Position numbers and translations under genes: made by a program. Under the pieces are notes generated by a model. That model was not told the DNA's origin and did not search any database. It saw nothing but the letters and a program-made list of their open reading frames with translations. A stretch of DNA of 10,158 nt. Origin: a bacterium (GTDB taxonomy: Bacteria; Zhuqueibacterota; Zhuqueibacteria; Oceanimicrobiales; Oceanimicrobiaceae). The first letter of the stretch is position 1. Every line of letters begins with the position of its first letter. Below are positions 7,377 through 10,158 of the stretch, piece by piece. The DNA is taken from NCBI GenBank assembly GCA_046757165.1, contig JBHHXT010000180.1, positions 1 to 10,158 on the forward strand. Direction: 5' to 3'.

Positions 7377-7396
7377 AATGTGAGACGTGAGACGTG
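7364..7396 (+). repeat. Heptamer tandem repeat, about 5 units of ACGTGAR
   Basis: ACGTGAA ACGTGAA ATGTGAG ACGTGAG ACGTG. It supplies the last codons and the TGA stop (7374-7376) of ligase 2. Confidence 0.85.
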
Positions 7397-7491
7397 TTTA
7401 CTCCTCCCATCGCTGACATCGTTGGGGGGTGGTAGGCGCTTTATTCAAGCGGTGAAGTTCGGTGTTCAGCCTTTCGGCTGTTGCCATCTAA

Positions 7492-7524
7492 AACCTTGCG
7501 AAGGTTCGAAACCTTCGCAAGGTT
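7492..7524. repeat. REP-like nested palindrome, copy C (perfect)
   Basis: AACCTTGCGAAGGTT-CGA-AACCTTCGCAAGGTT: perfect 15-bp stem. Each arm is itself a 6-bp hairpin (AACCTT-nnn-AAGGTT). Confidence 0.88.
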
Positions 7525-7617
7525 GCTCGGTCACTTGTGCTTTTCTGGCATACAAAACCGCATCACCATAATTTCTGGATTGGAGGTGGTAAGCGTCAAG
7601 AAACGTAACTACGGTAT

Positions 7618-7630
7618 TTTGACTGTCAAA
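7618..7630. promoter_or_regulatory. Palindrome upstream of the TonB-dependent receptor, candidate operator
   Basis: TTTGAC-T-GTCAAA, ending 36 nt before the ATG. Shares TTGAnnGTCAA with 2045-2055. Confidence 0.35.
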
Positions 7631-7654
7631 GCAAACAGAAGCGGTTTACAAACC

Positions 7655-7661
7655 AAGGAGG
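7655..7661 (+). promoter_or_regulatory. Shine-Dalgarno sequence of the TonB-dependent receptor
   Basis: AAGGAGG 5 nt upstream of ATG 7667. Confidence 0.85.
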
Positions 7662-7666
7662 AGAAA

Positions 7667-10087
7667 ATGAGAACGATCAACCTCTCTTTCGCTGTGTTTT
7701 GTGTTCTTTTGTTGAGCGTTTCGCTCGTATGGGCACAAACAGGAACCATTCAAGGGAAAGTCACAGACCAGGATGGCAAGCCCTTGCCGGGAACAAACGT
7801 GCAAATCGTTGGCACCGACCTGGGCGCGGCAGCTTCGGATGACGGCAGTTACACCATTCCGAATGTCCCCGCTGGCACGTACACCTTGTCGGCGACCTTT
7901 ATTGGCCATTTTGAGAGCAAAACCGAGGTGCAGGTTCTCTCGGGTGAAACGGCTGCGGTCGATTTCAGCCTGGAAGAAAGCGCTTTGCCGGGCGAAACCC
8001 TGGTTGTCAGCGCCTCTCGCCGGCCTGAAAAACTGACCGATTCGCCGGCTTCCATCTCCGTGGTGACGGCCAGGGAGTTGAAGCGGAGCTCCGGATTTAC
8101 CTACAGTGAGGGCTTGATGAAGGCCAAGGGCGTCGACGTTTACCGCACCGGCATCGATGGGGTGGGCATCAATGCGCGCGGTTTCATGACCGCTTACAGC
8201 TACAGAATGCAGCTCATGGCCGATGGGCGGAATTCGATGCTTCCCGGTGCGGGGTTGGCTGCGGGCAATTTGTTGCCGGTCGCCCGGGATGACATTGAAC
8301 GGATGGAAACCATTCTCGGTCCCAGCTCTGCATTGTACGGACCGAATGCGCACAACGGTCTGGTCAATGTGATTACCAAGCACCCGCGTGATTCGGAAGG
8401 CACGACTCTGACCGTGGGCGGCGGCAACCGGTCACAGTTTGTGAGCCGCTTCCGCCACGCCCAGGTCGTGGGAGAGAAATTCGCCTTCAAAGTGAATGGT
8501 GAATTCTTGCGGGCGGATGATTTTGTGAAAAACGACACGGCGGCTGTCAACCCGACGACCGGCGCTGTTGCGTTCGAAGATCCCGATCTCAACATCAAAA
8601 ACATTCGCCTCGATGCTTCTGCTTACGTTACGCTGATGGATAACACGGAAGCCATCGGAACTTTCGGGTACGGCAACACCCGCTCAGTGGGCACCACGAA
8701 CCTGGGGCGCAACCAGATCGACGGTTGGATTTACAAATATTATCAGGTCAGGGTCAACTCGCCGCATTTCTTTGTGCAAGGATATTTGACCACGAACGAG
8801 GCCGGGGATACCTATCCGCTCGATGGCGCAGCTTCGCTGGAGGCAAATACCGGTCTTTCCCGGGAGCAGGCCATTGACGTGGTCCGATTTGTAGACAACT
8901 CCAAGCGTTACAATTTGGAAGCGCAAGCCAACTTTAACTGGCAGGGCATCCATGTGGTCGCGGGCATCGCCCATGAAGACAGTCGGCCGGTCAGCAAGGG
9001 AACTTTTCTAACGGACACGACCGGCAACAAGCTGACTCTGAAACAAACGGGTTTCTATTCTCAGGCAGAAAGAGACCTGGGCGAGTCTTTTAAGATTGTC
9101 CTCGCTGGCCGCTACGATACTCATGACAGCTATGAGAGTCAATTCAGTCCAAGGGCTGCTCTGGTTTACAGACTGCGCGGCAAGGGGGCGTTCAGGTTTA
9201 CGTTCAACCGGGCATTCCAGGCGCCAGCCATTCTGCAGCAGGAGCTCTTTTTCCCGATATTGGAAGTTGCCCCGGGAATCATGCTGGTTGGCCGAGGCAA
9301 CGGTCGTGGCCTGACTTTGGCAAACGGGTCCAAGATCAAGCCGTTGGACGTGGAAACGAACACCACCTTCGAGGTCGGGTACAAGGGCTTGCTTTCTGAC
9401 AAACTCTACCTTGACGTCAATGCTTACCAAAGCAAGTATGAAAAGTTCATCAGTCCTCTCACCACCGTTGGCAATCTTGCAGGCGGGAACCCGGTGGTCG
9501 CCCAAGGCGACGGCGCCATAACCGCACCTGAAGTGACGCTGACCTATCTGAACTTTGGTGAAGTCAAAATTATGGGTCTGGACCTGGGCCTCACCTACCA
9601 GGTTTCGAGGAACCTCAGTTTCTGGTTCAACTATTCTTACGTCGACCCGGAAAACATCAAGAAAAATTCAGCGAACGACCTGAATGGGGATGGCGTGGTG
9701 GACGATAGCGAGGCGGATAACCTGAGTTTCAACACGCCTCAAAACAAATTCAACTTCGGGGTTGCATTCAGTGATTTGTTGGCCAAAGGAACCTACCTGT
9801 CGGTGAGCATGCGCCATGTCGATGAATTCGATTTCATTTCCGGCCGCCACCGCGCGACAAAGGCCGGAGCCGGTACCGGTGCGTTCCAATTCAAAGACCA
9901 TGGTCCACTGGGAGGGTTCGAGTCGTTTGATGTAAGTTTCTCTTACGCCATGAAAAACGGGGTCACCCTGAACATCTCTGCAACCAACATTTTTGATACG
10001 GAGATGCGGGAAATGGTTGCTTCCCCGGCAATTGGCCGTCTGCTCGTTGGCGAGCTGAAATACAATTTCAACCTGATGCGGCACTAA
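7667..10087 (+). CDS. TonB-dependent outer-membrane receptor with N-terminal carboxypeptidase-regulatory-like domain
   Basis: 806 aa from ATG 7667. Signal peptide MRTINLSFAVFCVLLLSVSLVWA|Q, beta-sandwich GTIQGKVTD..G.PLPG..GTYTL, TonB-box-like ETLVVSASRR, plug motif DDIERMETILGPSSALYGPNAHNGLVNVITK, barrel strands (FSPRAALVY, FEVGYK, NIFD) and terminal GRLLVGELKYNF. Confidence 0.96.
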   Translation: MRTINLSFAVFCVLLLSVSLVWAQTGTIQGKVTDQDGKPLPGTNVQIVGTDLGAAASDDGSYTIPNVPAGTYTLSATFIGHFESKTEVQVLSGETAAVDFSLEESALPGETLVVSASRRPEKLTDSPASISVVTARELKRSSGFTYSEGLMKAKGVDVYRTGIDGVGINARGFMTAYSYRMQLMADGRNSMLPGAGLAAGNLLPVARDDIERMETILGPSSALYGPNAHNGLVNVITKHPRDSEGTTLTVGGGNRSQFVSRFRHAQVVGEKFAFKVNGEFLRADDFVKNDTAAVNPTTGAVAFEDPDLNIKNIRLDASAYVTLMDNTEAIGTFGYGNTRSVGTTNLGRNQIDGWIYKYYQVRVNSPHFFVQGYLTTNEAGDTYPLDGAASLEANTGLSREQAIDVVRFVDNSKRYNLEAQANFNWQGIHVVAGIAHEDSRPVSKGTFLTDTTGNKLTLKQTGFYSQAERDLGESFKIVLAGRYDTHDSYESQFSPRAALVYRLRGKGAFRFTFNRAFQAPAILQQELFFPILEVAPGIMLVGRGNGRGLTLANGSKIKPLDVETNTTFEVGYKGLLSDKLYLDVNAYQSKYEKFISPLTTVGNLAGGNPVVAQGDGAITAPEVTLTYLNFGEVKIMGLDLGLTYQVSRNLSFWFNYSYVDPENIKKNSANDLNGDGVVDDSEADNLSFNTPQNKFNFGVAFSDLLAKGTYLSVSMRHVDEFDFISGRHRATKAGAGTGAFQFKDHGPLGGFESFDVSFSYAMKNGVTLNISATNIFDTEMREMVASPAIGRLLVGELKYNFNLMRH

Positions 10088-10123
10088 CCCATCGAAGTTG
10101 GGCTAAGTCTCATTCTGGAGATT

Positions 10124-10145
10124 CCGGGGTTGTCGAGGACCCCGG
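10124..10145 (+). terminator. GC-rich hairpin downstream of the receptor; possible terminator or 3' stabilising stem
   Basis: CCGGGGT(T)-GTCGAG-(G)ACCCCGG, 36 nt after the stop. No U-tract follows. Confidence 0.35.
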
Positions 10146-10158
10146 CGTCCGCCGCGGG

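Noticed and set aside
7403..7480. Small hairpins after ligase 2 (7403-7429 and CAGCC-TTTC-GGCTG at 7467-7480) as terminators
   Set aside because: Short or imperfect stems without a convincing U-tract; single copies in this window.
531..7524. 33-nt palindromic repeats as a CRISPR array
   Set aside because: Copies are about 7 kb apart, with no repeat-spacer periodicity and no cas genes.
7481..7666. TTG-started extension of the receptor ORF
   Set aside because: Runs through a repeat and would bury the signal peptide; ATG 7667 has a strong AAGGAGG.
7646..8383. 245-aa minus-strand ORF and other short ORFs within the receptor gene
   Set aside because: Antisense or out-of-frame shadows with no domain signal.

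Overview
The window holds one compact + strand gene cluster, probably from a diderm FCB-superphylum-like bacterium (inferred from the TonB-dependent receptor's N-terminal carboxypeptidase-regulatory-like domain and Gln after the signal peptide). Gene order: internally deleted AAA+ ATPase remnant (2-254), AT-rich promoter region, alpha/beta hydrolase, GbsR/MarR-type regulator, second alpha/beta hydrolase, acyl-CoA ligase, KAS III (FabH)-like enzyme with a non-canonical active site, second acyl-CoA ligase, TonB-dependent receptor. This reads as an uncharacterised pathway for uptake, hydrolysis, CoA activation and acyl transfer of a lipophilic ester or acid, or for making and sensing such a compound. 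No ACP gene is in the window. The intergenic spacers carry three kinds of repeat: a REP-like hairpin in three copies with compensatory base changes, two heptamer (ACGTGAR) arrays at stop codons, and a 150-bp element with periodic 40-nt imperfect inverted ends. All family assignments come from motif recognition by eye; no database search was run.
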